From: Azolla caroliniana
Lineage: Eukaryota; Plantae; Polypodiophyta
NCBI GenBank assembly: GCA_043228905.1
Contig: JBHGNT010000002.1
Span: forward strand, 17,422,001 to 17,486,000
DNA length: 64,000 nt
Direction of reading: 5' to 3'
In this document: piece by piece, positions 53,577 through 64,000 of the stretch
How positions within the stretch are numbered: the stretch's first letter is position 1
Layout: each line of letters opens with the position of its first letter
The notes under the pieces: generated by a model
What the model was told of the DNA's origin: nothing
Databases searched by the model: none
What the model saw: the letters and a program-made list of their open reading frames with translations, nothing else
Program-made: the position numbers and the translations under genes

Positions 53577-53649
53577 TTGAGATGCGGGGTATCGATCCCC
53601 ATACCTCTCACATGCTAAGCGAGCGCTCTACCATTTGAGCTACATCCCT
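53577..53649 (-). tRNA. tRNA-Ala(AGC), probably pseudogene
   Basis: Near match to plant tRNA-Ala-AGC with intact A and B boxes and a TTTT terminator; acceptor-stem mismatches. Confidence 0.85.
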
Positions 53650-53662
53650 GAAACTTTTGCCT

Positions 53663-54469
53663 ACTAGTTGGGATCTCTAGTTGCATTGGCAGGAACCTAA
53701 TTCCTGGACTTCCATCCGAACAGATTGTTTTTATCCCCCAAGGTATTGTAATGTCCTTTTTTATCGTTAGCAACAACATTTTTTTAGTTGAAAAATTATG
53801 GGATAGAATATTTATCTTGGAGTGTAACAATCATTCGTTGTCAATGCGTGTAACTTGGAAATCCCATCCTATTTGTCTTTTGTTTCTTCTTTGTGCCAAC
53901 GGAAGTAATTGAATAGTTGTTTGGAGTAGCCTCAATATTCTGTCAAGTAACCGAACAAACTCTTGTTTACTATCTTAATGAACTTGTAGCATTACAAAGG
54001 CAGCTGGTAAGAGCAAAAAGTAACACTATTGAGGATTACAAGGAAGCAGAACATTCAGGATCATCTGTTCCCGGGACCAAAGAATTTTTATCGCAGCTCA
54101 ACAAGTTTGAATCAATATCTCAGGCTTATATTTATGAGAGTTTGTGGAACACGAGTATAGATGGAAATTCATATTTGAATCTTCTATTGCGTAATAGTCC
54201 AGATAGTTATGCTCCCGCGGCGAAAAAGAAAGGCACCAGGTATCTGAAAAAAAATCCAGAATTGTTTTATGCATCTATCGAAGGTTCAAATCCCGTCATC
54301 CCTATTTTCTTATCAATGCGCAAATCATGGAGCTTAGGGGGTGGAATAGAAAATCCCATTCATAAGAAAAAACTATTCGTTGTTTTTTTTTCGAAGAATA
54401 AGGGAGTTTGAAAGACTCCTGAAACTATGGCGGAATCGGGCATATAGAGATTCAACGAGAAACGGATCC
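53663..54469 (+). other. Mosaic NUPT (ycf4, probable ycf1 and trnP-UGG pieces) inside the tRNA array
   Basis: Absent from the other array units. 53664-53759 reads [32 protein letters not shown] (ycf4); SISQAYIYESLW is ycf1-like; GGTTCAAATCCCGTCATCCCTA at 54283-54304 is like the trnP 3' end. Confidence 0.8.
53664..53759 (+). pseudogene. ycf4: Plastid ycf4 fragment
   Basis: [10 protein letters not shown] signature motif. Confidence 0.88.
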
Positions 54470-54904
54470 CACATTTTGAAAAGGAGTGGAGTGACATCTA
54501 ACATATAATGCCTACGTATAAATCTAGGAAATAGCCTATACTAATCATTGTTTTTCAAATCTTAAAGGTAATACCGTGAGGTCATTTTTAAATTAATACG
54601 GTTGCGATAATGCCATCAACTATGTACTTTCGATACGCCAAAACTGAGAATCGAACAAAATTGTTTTTTGTGCGACATTCTTATTATATTTGTGAATCGA
54701 ATTTCCACGTAAAGTTTAGAAGTTAATTGCTTTATTTCTAGTTTTTCTTGATATGTTTGTATGAATACGAATGATGACATGGGCATCGATCCCATTTTAA
54801 TTTTGGCCCTTCCGAGATCGTCCTCAATTGAACCAGAATGACATTCTTGAAACTAAGAGTCTTAGTGATGATATTTTAATTTAATAATAAATAATAATAC
54901 AAAA

Positions 54905-54975
54905 TGGAGAAGCGGGGTATCACTCTGTACCTCTTGCATGCAAAGCGAGCGCTCTACCATGTGAGCTACAACCCC
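54905..54975 (-). tRNA. tRNA-Ala(TGC) pseudogene
   Basis: Anticodon loop TTTGCAT; 2-nt deletion in the T arm/B box. Confidence 0.8.
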
Positions 54976-55534
54976 ATCATCTTTAGAATTCTTCGCATTG
55001 AATCCAAATATGAGTAAAATTTGAATATATTTGGTTTTATTGTAAATTCTAGAGTTAATTTTGCTGAGCTCAAATTCTAATTAGTACATTTGTAATGACA
55101 CATAATTGAGAAATTCGGTATCAACCTCGTATTTTACGCACACCAAACAAGCATTGTTCAATATCTTTCAAATGACCATTTGATTAATGAAAATATAGTC
55201 AAGAATTCTCACAAATATTTCCATCGTTGATCATTAGACTATGAGGATTCTTGTTTGTCAATTGAATTTGAGATTTACATTATGAAGGTATTTCCTCTTG
55301 TTAATGATTTTATTAATACATTTGAACCGATACAAAATGATTGAGTGGTGTATTGATCCCTAGGTGTTGCATCCTATGCGTCATAACATATATACCTCTA
55401 GCTTGCTAAGTGTGACATCACAATTTATGCTTTTCCTCCATTCACTTGCACTACATGTCTATTGGATTTATACTAATGGAACTGAGATAGTTTGAGATCG
55501 GCTCTCAATGCTTAAATTTGTCATGATATGAAAA

Positions 55535-55607
55535 TGGTGATGCGGGGTATCGATCCCCATACCTCTCGCATGCTAAGGAAGCGCTCTACCATTTGAGCTA
55601 CATCCCC
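55535..55607 (-). tRNA. tRNA-Ala(AGC), probably pseudogene
   Basis: 73 nt GGGGATGTAGCTCAAATGGTAGAGCGC...; anticodon-stem mismatches. Confidence 0.85.
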
Positions 55608-55829
55608 AAAACCTTTGCCTTCATGTTTTAAAAATAGTGCAATGACATCTAACAAATAATGCCTACATATAAATCTAGGAAATAGGCTATACTAATCCTT
55701 CAAATGGGCATCGATCCCATTGTAATTGTGACCCTTCTGAGCTTGTCCTCATTCGAACCAGAATGATATTCTTGAAATTAAGAGACTTAGAGAAGATCTT
55801 TCAATAAAGTAATTGCTAATGATTCAAAA

Positions 55830-55902
55830 TGGAGAAGCAGGGTATCGATCCCCATTCCTCTCGCATGCATTGTGAGCACTCTACCTTGTGAGCTAAATCC
55901 CC
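55830..55902 (-). tRNA. tRNA-Ala(TGC) pseudogene
   Basis: 73-nt degenerate copy with an altered anticodon loop. Confidence 0.75.
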
Positions 55903-56476
55903 GTCATCTTTAGAATTATTCGCATTCAATCCAAATATGATTAAATTTTGAATATAATTGGCAAGCTATAATAGTTTTGCCTTTTAAATCCTAGAGTTAA
56001 TTACCTAAGCTAAAATTCTAATTAATACATTTGTAATGACAAAAAATTGAGAAATTCGGTATTGACCTTGTATTTTACGCATGCTAAGCAAGCATTGTTC
56101 AAATTCATTCAGATGGCCATTTGATTTATGAAAATATAGTCAAGAATTCTCACAAATGTTTCCATAGTTGATCATTAGACTATGAGGATTCTTGTTTGTT
56201 AATTGAATTTGAGATTTAGATTATGAAGGTATTTCCTCTTGTTAATGATTTCATTGATACATTTGAACTAATACAAATTGATTGCGTGGTGTATCGATCC
56301 CTCGCGGTTACATCCTATGTGTCATAACATATATACCACTAGCTTGCTAACTGTGACATCCACAATTTACGCTTTTCCTCTGCTCACTCGTGCTACATGT
56401 TGATTGGATTTATACTAATGCAACTGAGATAGTTTGAGATCCACTCTCAATGCTTAAATTTATCATGATATTAAAA

Positions 56477-56549
56477 TGGAGATTCGGGGTATCGATCCCC
56501 ATAGCTTTCGCATGCTAAGGAAGCACTCTACCATTTGAGTTACATCCCC
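56477..56549 (-). tRNA. tRNA-Ala(AGC) pseudogene
   Basis: 73-nt degenerate copy. Confidence 0.78.
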
Positions 56550-56776
56550 AAAACTTTTGCCTTCACGTTTTAAAAAAAGTGGAATGACATCTAACAAATA
56601 ATGCCTACGTATAAATCTAGGAAATAGGCTATACTAATCCTTGTTTTCAAATGGGCATCGATCCCACTTTAATTGTGAACCTTCCGAGCTCGTTCTCATG
56701 CGAACCAGAATGACATTCTTGAAATTAAGAGACTTAGAGATGATCTTGCAATTTGGTAATTCGTAATTATACAAAA

Positions 56777-56849
56777 TGGAGAAGCGGGGTATCGATCCTC
56801 GTGCCTCTCACATGCAAAGTGAATACTCTACCATGTGAGCTACATCCCC
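56777..56849 (-). tRNA. tRNA-Ala(TGC) pseudogene
   Basis: 73-nt degenerate copy. Confidence 0.78.
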
Positions 56850-57105
56850 ATGATCTTTAGATGTTTTTGCATTCAATCCAAATATGAGTAAAATTTGAAT
56901 ATAATTGGCACGTTATAATAGTCTTCCCTTTTAATTTCTAGAGTTAATTTCTTGAGCTCAAATTCTAACTAGTACATTTGTAATGACACAAAATTTAATT
57001 GTTAGAACGAAAGAAGGGGATGCATCATTGAGAGAAGTGTTTGAAGAGCCCGAACAATACATGTGCTTAATGATCAATGGCATGGACCAAATGAACACGT
57101 GTTTA

Positions 57106-60100
57106 TAGATCAAGGCAAAAAGTGGCAAAATGGGCCTAACCGTCGATAATCCAGTTTATCACATGGTGGAGTAGCCTTGATGTGTTGTCATAATAGCCAT
57201 ACTCCATCTCCAATATCAAAAGAGGATGGAAGCCGATGTCGATCCGCATAGTCCTTCTGTGTTTGTTGGGCGCGATGTAGATGGATAGATAGTTCTACAT
57301 GAATTCGTCGTACTAGGATTTGAGGGTAACTCAGAAGTTTCTAGCACACACCAGCGAAGATGATAGACCTGGTTTGTCTAGATATTGACGATGGAAGTCT
57401 TCAAGAAGAGCTTGAGCATTCGCCAAATTCGTCACTGGTTCACAAGCACACTCTGTCGGAATATATCCTAGCCAATCAACTAAATAATAGAGCTTGTTGC
57501 GAACCATCTTGGAATCTAGGATGACAAGAACCTTGTACTCAGGTCCATCTTCAAGTTCAATCAGGGGTGGAGGTGTTGTAATACGATCTGGGATAGTGCT
57601 GACCTGATAGGGTTCTAGAAGAGAACTATGAAATACTGGATGTATCCGTAGTTGCGGAGGTAGATAAAGGCAAAAAGTGACATCATTAATTTTTTCGTTA
57701 ATACGAAAAGGGCCTAACTATCGATAATCCAATTTTTCACATGGTGGAGTAGTCTTGATGTGTTGCAGTAATAGCCATACTCAATCTCCAATATCAAAAG
57801 AGGATGGAAGCCGATGTCGATCCGCATAGTCCTGTGTTTGTTCGGCGTGATATAGATGGATAGATAGTTCTGCCTAAATTCGTCGTACTAGGATTTGTGG
57901 GTAACTCAGGAGTTTCTAACACACACTAGTGAGGATGATAGTCGGTATAACAGTAGAATGGTGTAGCTCTAGTAGAGGAGTGGATAGAATTATTATAAGA
58001 AAATTCAACAAAGTGTACAATATCTGCCCAATCATCTTGTTGATAGCTTAAGAAACACTGAAGATATTGTACCAACATTTGATTGGGATGTTCTGCTTGT
58101 TCATCTATTTGGGGATGATAACCATATGAGAGATTGCAAGTGACCTTGAGCATTTTAAAGAGATGCTTCCAAAATTTAGAGACGAATTAAGGTCCACGAT
58201 CACTGTTGATACTGTCAGGAAGACCATGATGTCGAAATACTTCACGCATAACAATTGTCGCGGTTTCTTCACTAGTGATTTCTTTAATATAGGGCATGAA
58301 ATGTGCTATCTTAGTATATCGATCTACCATTGTTAGGATCATATTAAAGGTCTTTGAATCCGGAAGATCTATGATAAAATCTAGAGAAGTATATTGCCAT
58401 GGTTTGCTTGGGATTGGTAATGGCTCCAACAAACCATATGGATGATGTCTAGGCATCTTTGCTCTGCAACATGTATCACATGTCCAAACATAGTCTTCGA
58501 CAAATCTTCGCATATGGGGCCACCAAAATGATTGTTGCACTAAATCATACATTTTAGTACTACCAAAATGTTCGGCTATGTATGTGTCATGACAATTTTG
58601 TACTATTCGAAGGTGATAAGAACCATTGGGAACATACAAAAGTTTCTTAAAGAAGAGTAAACCATCATGACATTTGAATTGTCGATAATCCGTACCTGGT
58701 TGTTGTGACCGTGAACAAGATGCTCGAAAGGGATCAATTTGATCTAGACTAGCTTGAGCAAAAACATTTGTCTTCAAATCTTCACGTATGGTATCGATAA
58801 TGTGGGAACCCAATGGAGTGTCAAAAACCCACGTTGCATGAAGTCATGTTGGACCCAGGATTACTTGCTTTCGATTGTCAAAGGCTGGATCACCAAGACG
58901 AGGAACTAATTACGAGTGTCGTGATAATGCATCTACCTTCCCTTGTTGCTTTCCTGGACGATATGTTATCTTGAAGTCGAAACTAGTGAGGAACTGAGCC
59001 CACTGAGCTTGTCATCTATTTAACACGCGAGCATTGTGGAAGTAGGCAAGATTCTTGTGTTCACTAAATACAGTTACTTGATGAGGAGATCCTTCTAAAA
59101 AATGGGCCTCCATTGTGCAAAAGAGTCCACTATAGCTAATAGCTCCTTTTCAAGTATCTCGTAGTTGATTTCAGCGTAGTCAAATTTGCGCGAGTGGAAA
59201 GCCACAGAATGTAACTTCTCATCCTCCCCTTGCTGTGACAAAATACTACCGAGGGCAAAATCTGACGCATCTGCCTCAATGATAAATGGTTTTTGCATAT
59301 CAACATGAGCTAGAATAGGAGCCGATGTAAATGCTTTCTTGAGACCTTCAAAAGTCGTGTCTGCTTTCTTAGACCAAACAAACGATTGTCCTTTCTTTGT
59401 AAGTTGCGTGAGCGGTAAAATAAGCTTTGAATAGTGTAGTATAAACTTGCAATAGAAATTTACAAACCCTAAAATGCATTGCACATCTCGTAATGAACGT
59501 GGAGTTTGCCACTTTAACATAGTTTGGACTTTAGTTAGATCCATAGATATCCCTTCCGAGGAGATGACATAGCCTAGAAATTTCACCTAGCTACAGTAAA
59601 AACTACACTTTTCCAGTTTTGCATAAAGACCATGTTCTCGTAAAAACTAGTTCATGAGAATCATGCTCCTCCTGTGTCTTTGAAAAAACTAGTAGATCAT
59701 CCAAGTAGATGATCAAACAAATGTCCAAAAGATCTTAGAATATATCATTTGCCATGTGTTGGAGAACTGTTGGCGCATTGGTGAGGCCGAATGACATAAC
59801 CGTATACTTCGAAGTGCCCATATCAGGTGCAGAAAGTTGACTTCCATTCATCTCCCGATCGAATCTGTACGAGTATGCTCCTCGTAAGTCAAATTTTGTA
59901 AAATACTTTGTGCCATTAATCCTTTCTAAAAGACTCGAGATCAGTGGAAGTGCATACCTTTTCCTGATGGCGACCTTATTCAAGCCACGGTAATCCCCGA
60001 CTACAAGAAGTAAGCCATCGTTTTTCTCGACGAAGAAAATAGGTGCGACGTCTGGAGATTTCGAATGTCGAATGGACTCGTTTCCCAAATTTTCCTCTAT

Positions 60101-61505
60101 GTAGGTTTGAAGAACTTCAAGCTCGGTTGGTGACAAGTTGTAGATCGCTCCACACGGTGGCTCTTTTCCAGGTTGTAAATCAATGGGACAATCATACGGT
60201 CGATGGTGAGGAAGAGTACTAGATTTTACCTTATCAAAAACGTCAACGTAATGATGATACTTCTTTGGAAATTGAATTGTTGATTCCTCCTTAGCGATGT
60301 TAGAAGGTTGCATTGATACTGCGAATACAAACATTGATTCCTTGCATCGTTCCTCACGCAATTGATGTAGCAAAATGATTGAAATCTTGTGAGTAGGTTC
60401 TCGAGATTGTCGATACCTTATTTCTCTTGTTCTCCAATCTATGTTCGGATTGTGTAATTCGAACCATGGTAACCCCAAAACAATTGGATGCTCTCAACTA
60501 CTAATTATATTAAATGATACCACACACTCCAAATTATTTAGGACAACACTAATCGGCTCTGACTCTTCTACGATATTTCTAGAAGCAATGGGGCGACCAT
60601 CAATGACTACTACAGAAGCTGGGCAAGGGAGTTTTCTTAGGGATATCTGATGAGCTTGGGCAAAATTCTTATCCATGAAGCAAGAATTGGCTCTGAAATA
60701 TACTAGAGGGTTACTTTCAGTACTAATTGTTACTTGAGCTAGGAAGACATTGCTAACTTGTTTAGAGGGAATGGAACCACTAATGGGCTGCACAGATGTA
60801 CAACTATCCAACCAAACGGCTCATATTTTGGCTAGACTTAGTCGTTTTACTCTTCTTCTAGTTGACTAAGGACTTCAAATTTGTTTGATAGGCTTGGGGT
60901 ATTAGGACTATTAGAAACTCCGAGTGGAATAGAGTTAGGTTTAGTACTATTAGTACCAGCGGCTATTTGATTTACCTATCTTCTTGGCCTATGAGGACAG
61001 TTCACTTCAATATGCCCCAGTCCACTGCAATAAAGGCATAGTCGATTTGCTCGGCATCGTCGTTTTTCCTCTTCCGATAATGATCCGCGACGAAGTGTGA
61101 AAATGGTTTTGCTACGACTGAGGCATATGTGGGCTCCAACCTTGTTCTTGGCATTTGTAACTGACGTTCTAAATGTACCGCTCGACTGATTGCCTCTGTG
61201 AGCGACTTTGGTTCTTCGGGGAAAGTCAGGAGTAAATCTTTGACATCATTTCGCAGGCCATATCAAAACTACTCCATCAATGCTAGGTCATCCTAGGGAA
61301 TATCGGCGGTGAGTAGATGGAAATCCACAATGTAAGCTGAGGCTGGACGATCACCTTGAGGCAATCTTCGGATTTTGTTGATTCCCTTCCTAACGGTATC
61401 AATATCCCCCGAACAGGCCTTAAACTCGCTAATAAATTCGTCTTTAACAATGGAGATCCTTGTTCTAACAAAGGAGCAAACCATACCAAAGTTGTGCCGC
61501 TAATT
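57106..61505 (-). mobile_element. Ty3/gypsy chromovirus (Tcn1-like) copy F, degenerate gag-pol with chromodomain, no LTRs seen
   Basis: Gag 61283-61489, CLYC..GH....CP knuckle, protease, RT (YDCPIDLQPG, DLRGAY), RNase H (DASDFALG), integrase, and chromodomain EYKV..ILDSKMVRNKLYYLVDWLGY at ~57365-57545. Confidence 0.92.
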
Positions 61506-64000
61506 ATCGTTGAGAAAGTGCAACATGCACGTTTTAGAGTTGACGCAGACGATCTTCAACAACATGATTTTTCGAGATTTCTAGATGTGCCATCATTGTC
61601 CAACGAGGATGATATCCTATGTTTGCGAAAAATGGAGTATACCCTGTTGAGGAATGAACTGAATTATTTTATGCAAACTCTGCAAAGTGCAAAAAATCCA
61701 CCCAATCATCCTGTTGATAATTGATGAAACACCAAAGATATTGCTCTAGTGTTTGATTCGTCCGCTCAGTTTGACCGTCACTTTGTGGATGATAGCTTGA
61801 CGAAAGTTTATAGGAGATTTTGAGCATCTCAAACAAGTGTTTCCAGAATTTTGAGATGAATTGTGGGCCACGATCACTAATGATGTCATTTGGAAGACCG
61901 TGAAGCCGAAATACTTCTTTCATAAGGATATCTATAGTTTCTTTACTATTGATGGTTTTCGTGCATGGAAGAAAATGAGCCATCTTTGTGAATTGATAGT
62001 GAGAATAGCATCAAAACTCTTCGAAATTGGAAGATCTATAATAAAATCCATCAAGAAGACTTTAATCTTCAAATGCTTGAGAGGCATTAATAGCTAATAG
62101 TCGTAATTGATTAGGCCCCAAGACAACTTGTTTTTGATGATCAAATGTGGGCTCTCCTGGTTGTGGAGCCAAATAAGATCGTCGTGAGAGAGCATCTGCC
62201 TTTCCTTGTTGTACTCCTAGGCGATATGTGATGACGAAATCATAACGTGTTAGAAACTGTGCCCAACGAGCTTGACGACGACTCAAGACTCTAGTACTTT
62301 GAAAGTATGTGAGGTTTTTATGATCATTGTAAACAGTGATTTTGGTGGGGAGAACCATCTAAGAGATGTCTCCATTGTTCAAAGGAGTCTATAATGGCTA
62401 GAAGCTCTTTGTCATAAATCTCATAATTGATCTCTGCAGCTTCGAATTTGCGTGAATGGAAATCAATTGGATGTAGCTTCCCATCATCACCTGTTTGTGA
62501 CAAGACACTTCCTAGTGCAAAATCAGGCGCATTCACCTCAATGATAAACGGTTTTTCTAGGTTAGCATGAAGTAGAATTGGAGCACAAGTGAATGCTCTC
62601 TTTAGGCTTTCAAAAGCTTTGGCTGCACTAGAATTCCATGTGAATGACTTGTTCTTTCCTATAAGCTCTGTGAGAGGCATCACAATGTTTGAATAATTCT
62701 TGATAAATTTGCGGTAACAATTCACAAATGCTAAGAAACATTGAACATCACGCACTGAATGAGGTGGTTGCCAATTTAGAACTCTCTAAACCTTAGATGG
62801 ATCCATAGATATACCTTGTTGGGAAACCACATACCCCAAAAACTCCACGTGGTTTTGATCAAACCTACATTTGTCGATTTTGGCATAGAGCCCATATTCT
62901 CATAAGCGTTAGAAGACTTGGCGGACATGTATGTCATGCTCTTCTTGAGTTTTCAAGTAGATCAACATGTCTGTAAAAGAATAACGTGTGCGGAAGTGTA
63001 ACAGACACAACCAGGTAACACAAACGAACACAAGAAGGTTTAATGGAGAACTTGAACGACACAACGTATGCAGGAGAGACAGAGAGAGAGAACATTAAAA
63101 CTCAGATTCAAAATAACAATACTCTGTACATAGGATGTGCTCAATCGGTGCTTTTTATACATGTCCTTACGGACAGACAGAAGTACTGACATAGTACTGA
63201 CTCGTACTTCAATGCTCATCAATGAGCCCCTACACTAACTCCCAAAATATATTCCTTACGAGGAATAACGCTCAAACGGCCTCTCGGCTTATGCATCGTT
63301 ATGGCCTTTGTGCGTACGGTTTTACGCACCCAATGTTGAGCTTGTATCTCAACAATGTCATCAAGATATACTATGGTGAATGAATCCAAGAAATTGCGGA
63401 AAATATCATTTGCTATGTGTTGAAAAACCGCGAGCGCATTCGTGAGACCAAAACGCATAATTGTGTACTCGAATTGTCCGTATCGAGTACGAAATGTTGT
63501 CTTCCATTCATCTCCTGGTTATATGCACCTCGAAGATCTAGCTTCGTGAAAACTTTACCTCCACTAAGACGCTCTAGTAAACTCGAAATCAAGGGTAGAG
63601 CATATCTATTTCGAACTGTGATTTTGTTTAGACCTCGATAGTCCACGACCAGTCGTAGAGATCCATCTTTCTTCTTGACAAAGAAGATGGGTGCACCAGC
63701 CGGACTTTTAGAATGTTGAATGAATCCATTTGCTAAGTGCTTGTTTATATACTTTCGAAAGGCCTTGAGTTCGGAAGGTGATAGATTATATAGGGGGCCC
63801 CATGGTAGCTATTTCCCAGGTTGTAGATCGATAGCACAAACATAAGATTGATGGTTTGGGAGAGAACTAGCTTTAGCTTTGTTGAAGATGTCTTCAAAAT
63901 CTAAGTACTTGGTAGGGAGGAGAGTACCTACCCCTTGTGAGCTAGAGGATGGGTTTGCTATTACTGCAAAGACAAACATTTCATTTGTTTTCCCGTCTTC
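61506..64000 (-). mobile_element. Second Tcn1-like chromovirus copy G (RT-RNase H-partial integrase)
   Basis: [47 protein letters not shown] and YHPQSDGQTER motifs. Confidence 0.92.
62972..63354 (-). repeat. Solo LTR of copia family B
   Basis: TG...CA termini, 5-bp TSD ATGTC, and the family B terminal hairpin TGTTGAGCTTGTATCTCAACA. Confidence 0.93.

Larger units (their letters stand above)
53577..56995 (-). repeat. Tandem array of ~940-bp units containing tRNA-Ala genes and relics
   Basis: Homologous positions at 55535/56477 and 54905/55830/56777; spacers are conserved between units. Confidence 0.93.

Noticed and set aside
53917-54411. 164-aa ORF as a new gene
   Set aside because: It is a chance fusion of plastid fragments inside an insertion and lacks an ATG start.

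Overview
Plant nuclear DNA, most likely from a fern (inferred from fern-type plastid ycf2/ycf1 insertions and non-seed-plant retrotransposon lineages). The window is a nested transposon pile with no intact host protein-coding gene. It holds at least four Ty1/copia families, three copies with TSD-verified ends; one is very young and has a single nonsense codon. It also holds two Ty3/gypsy lineages (a Phygy/fungal-like non-chromovirus and a Tcn1-like chromovirus), an L1-type LINE plus a 45-bp sibling insertion, an RTEX-like LINE tail, hAT and pogo-like MITEs, two mosaic plastid insertions (NUPTs), a 26S rRNA fragment, a GRXS14 pseudogene, a SAM-synthetase fragment, TATG-type satellites and a ~940-bp higher-order repeat built from tRNA-Ala genes. 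The most interesting signals are: (1) an apparent capsid-domain swap between two otherwise closely related copia copies; (2) a conserved coding extension after RNase H in another copia family, together with hairpins at its PPT/LTR junction; (3) strong CCGG enrichment in the young copia; (4) the tRNA-Ala array. All comparisons were made by eye. No alignments or database searches were run, and boundaries without a TSD are approximate.
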